A program made the translations under genes and the position numbers. DNA of 64,000 bases from an uncultured Candidatus Saccharibacteria bacterium (lineage in GTDB: Bacteria > Patescibacteriota > Saccharimonadia > CAILAD01 > BJGX01): the NCBI GenBank assembly GCA_964637185.1, contig CAZWVB010000002.1, positions 1,375-65,374 on the forward strand, in the 5' to 3' direction. Positions 10,617 through 20,947 of this stretch are shown one piece after another; within the stretch, counting starts at the first letter, position 1; every line of letters begins with the position of its first letter. Below the pieces are notes generated by a model, which was not told the DNA's origin, made no database searches, and saw nothing but the letters and a program-made list of their open reading frames with translations.

Positions 10617-13600
10617 CTAGAAAGCTTGCCAATAAAAACTGGTAGTGGATGCCTGAACGGTGTTTAGCTCTATATCAAAACCTGTTGTAGTAACATTGGT
10701 TGCGCGATACTGACCGTTTACAAAATCTTTGGGGGTCAAACTAATATTTGGAGCCGCTGAAAAAGCAGTAGAAAACGAAACATGAGTACTAGTATTACCT
10801 GCTGACACAGCTGCATTCCCTACATTGTTACCACCGAGTTGCAACCTGCCATTGACATTGGTGGTGCCATCAAAGTTGGCGGTGCCAGTGAAGTGCACTA
10901 AGCCGTTGTATGTAGCTAAGGCGTTGTGGGTTTCGGATCCATTGATCGTACTTGTGCCATTGACAGTAAGGCCACCATTTAGCACTACGTCGTCGGTAAT
11001 TGTAATTAGGCCCGGAGTACTAAGGTCAATACGTGTCTGCAAGGCTGCCAGCTGAGCTTGTGCCTCCTTAAGGCCAGCAATCATGAAGGTATTGAGGTAG
11101 CCATAGTTAATTGTTTTAAGCCCAGTGATCGAATCGGTTTGGACAACCTCTGGCAAATATTGTTCTACTTGCTGAGCAGTAAAGCCATATTGAGTTGACG
11201 GCTCCGTCAGCGGGTCTGATCCTGCTGCCACCCAAGCCTCGTAATCACCCTTCCACTGATAAGTTATGGGCTGCAGGGCTCCAAGCTTCGCTAGAGTTCC
11301 TAACACATTCATATCAACAATGTTCGTCTTGAGTGATTCATCCGATGTACAACTCCAGCCAGTACCTGTTACTACTGTACACTGTGTGCCGGCCGAGCCA
11401 TTGAATCGAGTGACATTAGTAGTTGATGTGTCGGTTAGCTCAAGTTTGAAAGCAGGGGAGAGCGTATCAATGCCTACACTGCCGCCCATAATTGCCATGG
11501 TATTACTTTGGGATACTGTACCAACCCCTGCGTTCAAGCCTATTCCTACAGAATTGGAACCACTCACAATAATGTCCCGACCAAAAGCTGTACTTTCGTT
11601 CCCGCTGGCTTCGGTATTGTCGCCCCAAGCAGTTGCATAGTTATTTGAAGCAATTGTAGAAATGCCCCAAGCTGTCGAAGCATTACCAGACGCAGTGGTA
11701 TTAGTACCGAAAGCTGTTGAGTCTGTGCAGGTAGATTGGTTCCCCGCCCCCCATGATGTGGCCCCAAACCCAAATGGACAATTGAGACCACCATTGGTAA
11801 CATTACCCGAACCCCAAGCCGTGTCTAGTAGACCCGATACCTGATTTCCCTGACCAAAAGCGGTGCCAAATCCAGCACTAGCAACATTCGTGTCCCCCCA
11901 CACGGTTGAACGATCACCACTAGCCGTATTGCTACTGCCAAAAGCCAACGAACTATCGCCGCTAGCAGTAGTGTTTAGTCCAAAAGCAGTTGCTCGGCGG
12001 TTATTGGCAAGTGTTCCAGTACCAAAGGCAGTCGATGCACCATAATATGCTTGATTACCAAGGCCCCAAGCCGTCGCCCCCTCACCAAACAGCGCACTGC
12101 TATTTACAATATTGCCACTACCCCACGTGGTATCAGCACTATTTTGAGCTTGATTGTTTCGCCCCCAAACGGTAGAATCTCCCCCGCTAGCTATATTTAA
12201 GTATCCCCAAGTCGTTGCCCTACCAGCGCTCGCTGTAGTTTCCTGACCCCATGCTGTTGAGGTATCACCAGATGCCACTGTACCTAGACCAAAAGCTGTA
12301 GCACGACGGGCATGCGCATAGCTACCACTCCCCCAAGCAGTTGCCGAAGCGCCAAATGGTGTACCCGAGCTGTCGGCTATTGTTCCCACACCCCACGCGA
12401 AGTCATCAGCTGACAACGCTTGAGTGTTAGCGCCAAATGAAACAGCCGCATCTGCACTGGCTACAGTTTGACGACCAATTGCCAACGAATAAGAACCAGA
12501 AGCAGTAGTTTGATACCCAAACGCCGTTGCGCCAGCACCTGTGGCATTTGTATCATCTCCAAATGCAGTTGATCGTGATCCACTTGCGATTGTTGAGTTA
12601 CCAAAAGCCGTGGAGTCGGTACAAAGCGATTGATTACTACTACCCCATGCTGTGGCGCGTTCACCAAATGGACAGCCAGCTCCCGCATTTGTGAGGTTTC
12701 CAACTCCCCAAACAGTATCATTTATAGTGGTGGTGGTGTTCGCCTGTCCAAAAGCAGTCGAGATAGGGCCTGCTGAAGTATTTTGGTAACCCCAGGCTGT
12801 GGAGCGGTCACCACTGGCGGTGTTGGCATTCCCCCATGCTGTAGATTCAGAATTTGTGGCATTGTTATCAAACCCCCACGTAGTAGAACGCATCCCACTA
12901 GCATCAGACGATTCGCCCCATGCAGTACTTTCGTATCCTATTGCGTTACTTCCACCAAAACCAGTTGCGTAACTATTTTGAGCAGTGCCAGCTCCCCAAG
13001 CAGTAGCTGCCTCTGTACCTACAAATGCAATCGCGCCATTGCCCCAAGCAGTAGAGCGACTGCCATTGGCTTGGGTGTTTATACCCCACGCAGTCGATTG
13101 TCCACCATTGGCAATAGTGGTATTGCCCCAAGCTATGTTTTCATTGCCAGATATTGTGCCTGCCTTGGTGTTGTACCCCAGAGCAACTGAGCGAGTGCCG
13201 GCAGCTTGAGTCGCTTCGCCTCCTGCAAATGACTCGTAGCCACTTGCTGCACCAGCATTAAGAGAGAAAGCATATTGTCCGCTAGCAACAGAGGTGTTTG
13301 AGGCAAACGAAGCGTTACCACTAGCAACCGATCCATTACCGCTTGCGGTTGCATATATATTGGTAGCTTGGGTACTTTGACCCCAGGCAAAAGCATCTTG
13401 GGCGCTGGCCAAAGTACTTTGGCCCAAGGCCGTGGACCAGTTTGCACTAGCAGTATTGGTATTACCAAAGGCAATCGATCCTGTGCCACTAGCAGTAGAG
13501 TTATAGCCTGCAAATGAATGTGCCCCACTGGCTATTCCCGAACCGGTGGCCAAACTATAATCCCCACTTGCCGTACCGTTCGCTAACGCCGTAGCCGCCC

Positions 13601-16100
13601 GCCCGCTTGCAGCAGAACTCTCGCCAAACGCAGCTGAATAGAAATTGTTTGCTGTCGTATTTATGCCAAAAGCGACTGAGTTATTACCGCTGCTTTGGTT
13701 AGCTCGTGCGTTATTACCATAGGCAAATGAATAGGTATTGTAAGCTATCCCAGTACCACCAGCAAACGAAGCTGTTCCACTTGCAGCAGCACTATTTGTT
13801 GAAAAAGAACCGTCGCCACTAGCAACAGAGTTATTTGCTGCAAATGAATATTGACCACTCGCTACCGAGCCATTACCACTAGCGGTGGCATAGTTGTTTG
13901 TGGCCTGAGTGTTGACACCCCAGGCAAAAGCATCTTGGGCATTGGCCAATGTACTTTGGCCAAGTGCAGTAGACCATGTCCCACTAGCAGTAGTAGCATT
14001 TCCAAAGGCGATTGATCCGGTGCCACTGGCAGTGCCAGTATAGCCCGCAAAGCCATATGCGCCGCTGGCCAGCCCAGAACCAGTTGAGAGGCTATAATCT
14101 CCACTGGCTGTGCTGGCGCCTAGTGCTGTTGACCCTCGGCCAGATGCAGTAGAGCCTTCGCCAAACACTGCTGAATAAAAGTTGTTAGCTTGGGTATTGA
14201 TACCAAAAGCCACCGAATTATTACCCGATACATTGTTTGCACGAGCGTTCTGGCCAAAGGCAAACGAATAAGCATTGGCAGCTGTACCTGTTCCGCCGGC
14301 AAAAGAAGCGCCGCCGCTGGCGGTGCCCCCTGCAAAAGCCACCGCACTACCTCCATTAGCAACACCGCCAGCTACACTAAAATCATAGTTGGTATCAAAG
14401 TAGGCACGTTGGACACCATTGGTGCGAATTCTGAAATCTTGATTGTTATTAGTGCCAATATAGTCGCCTGCTCCTACTACATTCCCAGTCAGCAACCAGC
14501 CTGGAGTTGACACGGAAAAACATTGGAAATAACTTCCACCATTTTCAGAACATTGGAATGATCCAGCCCCCGAGTCGTAGTAAAAGCGACCTGTACCGGC
14601 GGGTGCCACAGCTATCCCCGTAGTACCATTTACAGTCACGGCACCAGCACCAACATTTAGAAGTGAGCTTGGCGTACTTGTCCCCACCCCGACTCGTTGA
14701 TTTAACGTATCTACATCAAGTACAACAGTAGTGTCATCTGCCTGACGAACTTGAAAAGCGTCAGTAACGTTACTATCCGGGCTTACATATATTGGCCGCT
14801 GGGTAGCACCGCCAACTACTCCAATCTGATACCCACCAGCTATACCAGCACCACTAAACTGAATTGCATACGGATCAATAATGCCGGTAACGTCTAAATC
14901 TCCATTGACACTGAGCGCCTTGCCGCCAACAGGTGCGCCGCCAATACCCACTTCACCGGCTGTATTGATAGTAAGTCGAGTGATCCCTCCTGTTTCGAGT
15001 TCTAAATTATTCCCATCGTTAGTACCAACTACCAAAGTTGCACCTGTGCTATTACCACCATCACATATTATTGTAAGTGATCCTGGACAAGCCGAGTCAA
15101 AATTAATTGCCAGGTTGCCAGCAGCAGTCAATCGGCCTTGGGCATCGACAGTAAATGTGGCCACTTGGGTTGAGGAACCATAACTACCTGCCGTAACAGC
15201 TGTATTATCCAAATTGAGAGTAATATTGTTGGTTGCAGATGCCGTCGAACTAAGACCAACACCACCTAGTACAGAAAGTGTATCACCTTGTGAAATTGTT
15301 TGGCTCGGTCCAATATCGGCTGCCGCGCTAAATAAATTACCTCCGGTTACTATACAGGTTGGACAGCTAAAATCAACCGTATTTATCCCTGTACTAGCCA
15401 CAATCGGGCCAGTACCGGTAAGAGTAACAGCTGGCCCGGTTTGGCCATTGATAGAGGTAATATTCCCACCTCCACCACCAGCAGCTACACATGAAAAACT
15501 ACTACCATTCCAAAATAATGCTTGGCCACCAACACAGGTTGGTGAATTTATGCTAATCGTACCGGTCGTAGTAATTGGTCCACCTTGTAGCCCGTTTCCA
15601 GTGTTAATTTGAGTAACTGATCCAGCTCCGGCAGGTCCCTGTGAACCTTGCGGACCCTGCGCGCCCGTTGTTCCTGGTGATCCGGCAGGCCCAGTCGGTC
15701 CCTGAGGGCCAGGTACGTTAGATGTATTGTTATTGGTGATTTGTTGATTAATTTCTTGGTTGGTAAGCTGAGTCTGGCTTATAAACTGTTGTAATTGGGG
15801 GCTCAGTTGCTCAACCGTAACACTCCCAACTGATAATTTAGCCCCACTGATGGTTCCATTTGGGATGTTATTAATAGTAGTAAACGTACTGGTCTGGCAA
15901 TTGTTCCTAATACCTAAAAAACGCATATACCAAACATCACTACATAAACCGCGCAACAATATAATCACTATTAATAGCAAGAATGCTAGACCTATCAAAA
16001 GCCAAATCAGCCAATGCGACTTTTTGGTGATCTCGTTATATTCAGATTGGTGATTTAAATTACTCGATTGTTGCACGGTCTTCCAAAGCTTATATACCAA
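10617..16100 (-). CDS. Giant membrane-anchored trimeric fibre/adhesin: TM + collagen repeat + YadA-head-like repeats + peptidase S74 domain + C-terminal domain
   Basis: N-terminal TM, GPQGPTGPAG collagen triplets, dozens of ~14-aa ASGxxSTA(W/F)G repeats, CTSDESLKTNI...YGFTAQQVE S74 motifs, C-terminal ..GFDIEL..FYWQAF. Start codon uncertain. Confidence 0.85.
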   Translation of the reverse strand: MVYKLWKTVQQSSNLNHQSEYNEITKKSHWLIWLLIGLAFLLLIVIILLRGLCSDVWYMRFLGIRNNCQTSTFTTINNIPNGTISGAKLSVGSVTVEQLSPQLQQFISQTQLTNQEINQQITNNNTSNVPGPQGPTGPAGSPGTTGAQGPQGSQGPAGAGSVTQINTGNGLQGGPITTTGTISINSPTCVGGQALFWNGSSFSCVAAGGGGGNITSINGQTGPAVTLTGTGPIVASTGINTVDFSCPTCIVTGGNLFSAAADIGPSQTISQGDTLSVLGGVGLSSTASATNNITLNLDNTAVTAGSYGSSTQVATFTVDAQGRLTAAGNLAINFDSACPGSLTIICDGGNSTGATLVVGTNDGNNLELETGGITRLTINTAGEVGIGGAPVGGKALSVNGDLDVTGIIDPYAIQFSGAGIAGGYQIGVVGGATQRPIYVSPDSNVTDAFQVRQADDTTVVLDVDTLNQRVGVGTSTPSSLLNVGAGAVTVNGTTGIAVAPAGTGRFYYDSGAGSFQCSENGGSYFQCFSVSTPGWLLTGNVVGAGDYIGTNNNQDFRIRTNGVQRAYFDTNYDFSVAGGVANGGSAVAFAGGTASGGASFAGGTGTAANAYSFAFGQNARANNVSGNNSVAFGINTQANNFYSAVFGEGSTASGRGSTALGASTASGDYSLSTGSGLASGAYGFAGYTGTASGTGSIAFGNATTASGTWSTALGQSTLANAQDAFAWGVNTQATNNYATASGNGSVASGQYSFAANNSVASGDGSFSTNSAAASGTASFAGGTGIAYNTYSFAYGNNARANQSSGNNSVAFGINTTANNFYSAAFGESSAASGRAATALANGTASGDYSLATGSGIASGAHSFAGYNSTASGTGSIAFGNTNTASANWSTALGQSTLASAQDAFAWGQSTQATNIYATASGNGSVASGNASFASNTSVASGQYAFSLNAGAASGYESFAGGEATQAAGTRSVALGYNTKAGTISGNENIAWGNTTIANGGQSTAWGINTQANGSRSTAWGNGAIAFVGTEAATAWGAGTAQNSYATGFGGSNAIGYESTAWGESSDASGMRSTTWGFDNNATNSESTAWGNANTASGDRSTAWGYQNTSAGPISTAFGQANTTTTINDTVWGVGNLTNAGAGCPFGERATAWGSSNQSLCTDSTAFGNSTIASGSRSTAFGDDTNATGAGATAFGYQTTASGSYSLAIGRQTVASADAAVSFGANTQALSADDFAWGVGTIADSSGTPFGASATAWGSGSYAHARRATAFGLGTVASGDTSTAWGQETTASAGRATTWGYLNIASGGDSTVWGRNNQAQNSADTTWGSGNIVNSSALFGEGATAWGLGNQAYYGASTAFGTGTLANNRRATAFGLNTTASGDSSLAFGSSNTASGDRSTVWGDTNVASAGFGTAFGQGNQVSGLLDTAWGSGNVTNGGLNCPFGFGATSWGAGNQSTCTDSTAFGTNTTASGNASTAWGISTIASNNYATAWGDNTEASGNESTAFGRDIIVSGSNSVGIGLNAGVGTVSQSNTMAIMGGSVGIDTLSPAFKLELTDTSTTNVTRFNGSAGTQCTVVTGTGWSCTSDESLKTNIVDMNVLGTLAKLGALQPITYQWKGDYEAWVAAGSDPLTEPSTQYGFTAQQVEQYLPEVVQTDSITGLKTINYGYLNTFMIAGLKEAQAQLAALQTRIDLSTPGLITITDDVVLNGGLTVNGTSTINGSETHNALATYNGLVHFTGTANFDGTTNVNGRLQLGGNNVGNAAVSAGNTSTHVSFSTAFSAAPNISLTPKDFVNGQYRATNVTTTGFDIELNTVQASTTSFYWQAF

Positions 16101-16128
16101 GTATAAGCGCTATTGAGCAGTGTTACAA

Positions 16129-18474
16129 CTATTCTTGTGCTTGCCAATCAAACTTGGTGTCAGTAGTCTGAGCTGATTCCAACTCAATAGTAAATCCGCT
16201 GGCCGATTTGGACTTCAGCCAATAGCGTCCGCCGGTATCACTACTCGGGCTAACAACGATATTTGGCGTCTTCGAATACGATGTCGAGAAACTATATCCA
16301 CCGGACTTCTGGCCAGCTGGAATAACAACTGTACCGCGGGTGTTGGCGTTCCCACTCACTATGCCTTTTATTATTATATTGCCACCTATGGTAACATCGC
16401 CGCCAAACTCGACAGCTTTGCTATCGGCGAGTTGTTTGAGCGCATCCATGCTAGTACCAGTAGCTGAGTTTTTTAGTGTGTCTATTTGTTTTTGTTGCTC
16501 TTGAACTGCAGAGACCAGATAGGGGATGAGGCCATCTTTGCTCAGAGTTTTGGTGCCATCGGGCAGTTGCGATACTAGACCTGGCAATACTTTTTCAACT
16601 TCTTGTGCGATGAATCCTGCTACTGCTTGGCCATCCGGTGAAGTTTTCCAGTTGTATGTAACACCTCGAAGCTCCATGATCTTGTCCAGCCCTCCATTGA
16701 TACTTAAGATGTTTTGCTTAAGTTTTTCATCCGATACACAACTAAGCGATCCGAGCCCAGTGTCTACCGTACACGTACCTGAAGTACCAGTAAAATTGGC
16801 TGGTGTATCGTCTGAAGTGTCGACTACACTAAGCCTGTTTGTAGGACTGCCAGCGCCAATGTTGAAATTCCCATCCTTATCAACACGGCTGACTACAGTA
16901 CCAGCCAATCCGCCACCAGTTTGCCATTGAGTAAGATCACCTGTTTGGCCAGTGATGCCCTGTACCACAAGAGGTTTATCAGTAGTTGCTGCGGAGTGTA
17001 CAATCAGTGATGCATTTGAATCATCAACAAAACTGGTTTTTGGGTTGATAGTCAATTTGGTACCCCCTGGTGGCGCGGCTAGACAGAAAAATGTGCCCAG
17101 TACCGAGCTGGGAGTAAGATTGTTTGCACAAGCACCAATCGAGACTTTACCTTCAAAATAATTGTTACTGTTGTAGCCTTCAGATACGAGATTGGCGCTG
17201 CCGACTGATCCACTTTGCTGATACTGGATATCAATACCCACTTGGTGGCTAATGGTGTTTGGCTCATAAAGTGTTGGGAAGCCAAGAAAGGCAAGTGAAG
17301 GGTCCTGGGGATCAACTATGGTATTGCCTGAGTAATAATCTATTACGCCATTGAGTGATCCGCCGTTGTAGGTAATAGGAATAGTCGCGCTGCCAAATGC
17401 GTAGGCTATATCACCAGAGCCAAAATTGGATACTGTATTGAGTTGGGCTGCTTGCATAAATACCGTACCGCTACCAGCATGTGTTACCGCGTTCATTACT
17501 CCGCCATTGAGATAGAAGTCTTTCGAGTTGTCCTTGTCAGTCTGCAGGGCCGAATACCCACCAGCATAAATGTTTTTATTACCACCGGCAACGGTTCTAA
17601 AACCAAGAATGCTCCCTAATATGACTGGAGCATATTGCGGATTGGCCAGCAATTCGTTGGCAGTGCCAACAAAAATGCTTCCTGGATTTGGATTGTTTGT
17701 TGAAATCTGTTGTACGGATAGAATACGTTGGATATCGTCATTGGAGAATAATGGACCCGTATCTAGAATGGACGTATTTGGAGTAGACTGCGCCCCCACC
17801 AACAAATAATTGTCTACCTTTGCTGCACCATTGACCTCGAGACTAAGTGCTGATATCGAAGGCACACTAGTGTTGACCCCCACAAAATTGGTAGCGGTAC
17901 TAACACTCAATACTGGCGCGGCCGAAGCATTCTGCACAGAAAAGGCCGATACTGAGTTGCTACTGTTGCGAAATATCTGATTGGTACCAGTGAAGGCCTG
18001 GAAGTTCTTATTGGTATAGGCGATAAATGGATCGAGCTGGCTTGGCTGCAACACACCACTAATATTGTTAGCTTGGAGGTTGGTAATGCCGCTTCCATTA
18101 CCCTGCAGATTGGCTGCCGTAATCGTACCTGTGGCGGTGATATCGCCGTTTACAGCCAGCACACCCTGTTGTGCTTGAGCCAGGGGCTGATTACCTAGAT
18201 TGAAGCTTACCGGCTTGTAGCGCTCAGCGGGGTTGGCAAACTGGCTTACCTGGCTACGATTGCGCCATATCAAAATTACTGCTGTAGTAAATAGCAGCAG
18301 CAATGCAATAGCCGCAGCTATCCAAAGTGCTTGATAGAATCGATTACGCCGATGCAACTTGGCGATCTCGGCATTTTCAGCCGAAACTGCCGCGTCAGTC
18401 GATTGACCTTGCAGCTGTCCAGAAAAAGTCGCTTGTTCCAACGAAACATTTGGTGTGTTTGTTTCTCCGTCCAC
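16129..18474 (-). CDS. Membrane-anchored tail-fibre-like protein with peptidase S74 domain
   Basis: GTG start with GAGGAAGG. TM near residues 47-70, beta-rich body, CVSDEKLKQNI...GFIAQEVEKVLP, C-terminal ..GFTIEL..FDWQAQE paralogous to the neighbouring gene. Confidence 0.85.
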   Translation of the reverse strand: MDGETNTPNVSLEQATFSGQLQGQSTDAAVSAENAEIAKLHRRNRFYQALWIAAAIALLLLFTTAVILIWRNRSQVSQFANPAERYKPVSFNLGNQPLAQAQQGVLAVNGDITATGTITAANLQGNGSGITNLQANNISGVLQPSQLDPFIAYTNKNFQAFTGTNQIFRNSSNSVSAFSVQNASAAPVLSVSTATNFVGVNTSVPSISALSLEVNGAAKVDNYLLVGAQSTPNTSILDTGPLFSNDDIQRILSVQQISTNNPNPGSIFVGTANELLANPQYAPVILGSILGFRTVAGGNKNIYAGGYSALQTDKDNSKDFYLNGGVMNAVTHAGSGTVFMQAAQLNTVSNFGSGDIAYAFGSATIPITYNGGSLNGVIDYYSGNTIVDPQDPSLAFLGFPTLYEPNTISHQVGIDIQYQQSGSVGSANLVSEGYNSNNYFEGKVSIGACANNLTPSSVLGTFFCLAAPPGGTKLTINPKTSFVDDSNASLIVHSAATTDKPLVVQGITGQTGDLTQWQTGGGLAGTVVSRVDKDGNFNIGAGSPTNRLSVVDTSDDTPANFTGTSGTCTVDTGLGSLSCVSDEKLKQNILSINGGLDKIMELRGVTYNWKTSPDGQAVAGFIAQEVEKVLPGLVSQLPDGTKTLSKDGLIPYLVSAVQEQQKQIDTLKNSATGTSMDALKQLADSKAVEFGGDVTIGGNIIIKGIVSGNANTRGTVVIPAGQKSGGYSFSTSYSKTPNIVVSPSSDTGGRYWLKSKSASGFTIELESAQTTDTKFDWQAQE

Positions 18475-18504
18475 CCTTCCTCACTTGTGTGCTTTCTCAC
18501 AACA

Positions 18505-18533
18505 ATTGTAGCTCTTATGCTTTTAGATTGCAA
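18505..18533 (-). promoter_or_regulatory. Sigma70-type promoter for the adhesin genes
   Basis: TTGCAA-17-TACAAT. Spacer overlaps the 13-mer AGCATAAGAGCTA also found at 23183-23195. Confidence 0.55.
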
Positions 18534-18545
18534 TCTTATCGCTAT

Positions 18546-18800
18546 CTATACATTGGCAAACAAGGTGACTACACCACTACGTACCCGCAATATGCCGCGC
18601 TCGAGATGAAATCGCCTCTTGCCATACGGTGTATCCAGACTGACTGGACCTTGGCTGATGATACTGACAAAGTTGGCATGTTCAGGTAATATATCAAACG
18701 TGCCCTGACTATTGGCTGCAGTCAAACTAAACGCTTCGCCTTCATAAAAAACCTCAAAAGGGGAGTAGAGTTTGACCAAAAAACGCTCAGTGCGATCCAT
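18546..18800 (-). CDS. atpC: F1 epsilon-like subunit, N-terminal beta-sandwich only
   Basis: VKLYSP..VFYEGE..GTFDILPEHANFVS..G..GILRV..VTLFA. At 84 aa it lacks the C-terminal helices. Confidence 0.85.
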   Translation of the reverse strand: MDRTERFLVKLYSPFEVFYEGEAFSLTAANSQGTFDILPEHANFVSIISQGPVSLDTPYGKRRFHLERGILRVRSGVVTLFANV

Positions 18801-18805
18801 ATTAT

Positions 18806-20116
18806 TTACTGTATGGTTAATATTTCCTCGACTGCTGCCAAAGTCTCTTCACGTCCCACGTACTGGCCCTGTTTGCCAGTCAGCGGCTGGGTTACAAACA
18901 GTGGCTGCTGAAATAGCTCAATCAAGCGTTTGGCCTTGCTATAGGCTTGGCGATCTTGTACTGACAATTCGGCTTCACCTATGATCGTGACTATTCCCTT
19001 CAAATCTTGATACTTCTGTAGCACTTTTTGAGCCTCCATAGCCAAGAAGTAGTGCTTCTCGCCTACTATTTCCGGACTTAGCAAAGAGCTACTTGTGTTG
19101 ACCAGATCTACTGCCGGCAGGATGCCTTGCTCCATAATTTCTCGGCTAAGCACAATTACACTGTCCAGTTGCTGGTATATCTCCACCACAGCTGGGTCCG
19201 ATAGATCATCGGCTGGTATATATATCGACTCCACGCTCGTGATAGAACCATTTTCATTCGAGTCAAGTCCTGCTTGAAATCGAGATAGGTCTGTGAACAG
19301 ACTAGGTTGATAGCCACCCTCGCTTAGTCTTTCACCACGCAGCATGGCCAGCTCATTGCCAGCCTGCAAAAATCTGTAGATATTATCAACGAAGAAAAGT
19401 ACATCGGTTTTTTCTTGATCCCGAAAGTGCCTGGCTGAAGCAGCTGCTATCTGGCCAACCAACCAACGACGAACTGCTGTCTCATCCATTTGACCCAGAT
19501 ACATTACTGTTGATTGCATCAACTTGGTTTCTTCAAGGGTCATGTACAGCTCATGTGCCTCTCTTATCCTCTCACCAATACCTGCAAATATCGAAACCCC
19601 TAGCTTGCGTTTGCAAACATTGTGCATCAATTCTGTGGTAAGTACTGTTTTACCAACTCCCGAGCCACCGACTATACCAATCTTGCGACCACGTACAAAT
19701 GGCGCCAAGAAATCAACCACCTTGATACCAGTCTCAAGTAAATCAGCACTAGCGCCATAACCTGATTTACCGGTATGCCGATAGGCTTCCAGCGGAAACA
19801 GTTGTGTTTTGTTATGATCTTCTGTGGACATCAGATTGTTGTGCTGACAATCCCAGACACCACCTAAAGCAGACTTACCGCTGCAAAAACTGATTGTATT
19901 TGTCGATGCCTCGACTACTTCACCTAGACCTATCTCGTCTTGGGTTCCAAGGCTTAGACACGTCACTCGTGTTGAATGCTGCTCAACCACCATAAGTTGT
20001 GTCATGTGCGTGTTCTTGGCAGTCAATAAAGCAAACTGGCTGAGCACAGGCATATTATTACTCCATTCGACCTCAACTAAAATATTATCGATTGCTACCA
20101 CTCTGCCGGTATTCAT
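18806..20116 (-). CDS. atpD: F1 beta-like subunit (divergent)
   Basis: LETGIKVVD, GGSGVGKT, GERIRE, FVDNIYRF, YIPADDLSDP. DELSEED loop reads AELSVQD. Start placed at the ATGA overlap with atpG (alternative 20131). Confidence 0.92.
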   Translation of the reverse strand: MNTGRVVAIDNILVEVEWSNNMPVLSQFALLTAKNTHMTQLMVVEQHSTRVTCLSLGTQDEIGLGEVVEASTNTISFCSGKSALGGVWDCQHNNLMSTEDHNKTQLFPLEAYRHTGKSGYGASADLLETGIKVVDFLAPFVRGRKIGIVGGSGVGKTVLTTELMHNVCKRKLGVSIFAGIGERIREAHELYMTLEETKLMQSTVMYLGQMDETAVRRWLVGQIAAASARHFRDQEKTDVLFFVDNIYRFLQAGNELAMLRGERLSEGGYQPSLFTDLSRFQAGLDSNENGSITSVESIYIPADDLSDPAVVEIYQQLDSVIVLSREIMEQGILPAVDLVNTSSSLLSPEIVGEKHYFLAMEAQKVLQKYQDLKGIVTIIGEAELSVQDRQAYSKAKRLIELFQQPLFVTQPLTGKQGQYVGREETLAAVEEILTIQ

Positions 20117-20946
20117 GATTGATAACTCCATTGGTAAGCCAATGATTCAACATCTCTCCGCCGGCGCAAATAGACATTGAGCTGTCGTCTCGTTTTTTGA
20201 AGCTCAGCCTTAGCTGATTCACTAGCCCGAGACAAACTGTTGTACCTATACGCCAACTGCGAAAGAGTAGACTCGAGCACTATTTGAGTTACAGCTATCG
20301 AGCTCATAGTGCTTTCTAAATACTCAATCACTTCTTCAAGACTTGGCTCAAAAATGTAATCACTCGCAAACATCAGCTCGCTATCGGTACTGCTTGACTG
20401 TTTCTGCAAGCGAGCTACACTTTCATGTAATTCAAACGCCACAACTTGTTGCTCAGTGACTGATTCAAACCTAGCAAAATATAAGGTAACAGTCTTATAG
20501 CCAGATAGGTAGTTGATGATTGGCACCACATTGACCTTGGATTCCAAGCTTGGTAGATGAAATGACTTGCTGACTTCGACGTTGCGACTTGCCAAAAGCT
20601 GAGCCCCACGAGTGCCGATAGTCACAATGTCCGTAGAACGTGTCTTAATACCTTCTAGCATAGTTTGGATAATCTGCTCATCAAGCCCACTAGCAAAACT
20701 CAAGTCAGAACTGATTAGTACTGCCGTACTCCCCGATTTCGGAATTGTTTTTTTTGCCTTTGTGGGCACATCGATCCTCAACTGATCATACATAGCCCAC
20801 AGCTCATGAAAGAATTCCCTCGCCTGCAACACTCGGTCACGAATTTGGCGGATTTGCAGCGAGCTAATATTCTCATAAGCCTGTACTACCTGAGAAATTG
20901 TGCTTAAATCATTGAGTTGGGTCTGTAAATCTTGCAATCTTGCCAT
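20113..20946 (-). CDS. atpG: F1 gamma-like subunit (divergent)
   Basis: N- and C-terminal coiled-coil helices, ISSDLSFA (cf. SDxGLCG), YIFEPS. Lies between alpha and beta. Confidence 0.85.
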   Translation of the reverse strand: MARLQDLQTQLNDLSTISQVVQAYENISSLQIRQIRDRVLQAREFFHELWAMYDQLRIDVPTKAKKTIPKSGSTAVLISSDLSFASGLDEQIIQTMLEGIKTRSTDIVTIGTRGAQLLASRNVEVSKSFHLPSLESKVNVVPIINYLSGYKTVTLYFARFESVTEQQVVAFELHESVARLQKQSSSTDSELMFASDYIFEPSLEEVIEYLESTMSSIAVTQIVLESTLSQLAYRYNSLSRASESAKAELQKTRRQLNVYLRRRRDVESLAYQWSYQS

Positions 20947-20947
20947 G

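Noticed and set aside
10617-18474. Prophage tail module
   Set aside because: Both proteins have N-terminal TM anchors. No capsid, terminase, portal or integrase genes are present.
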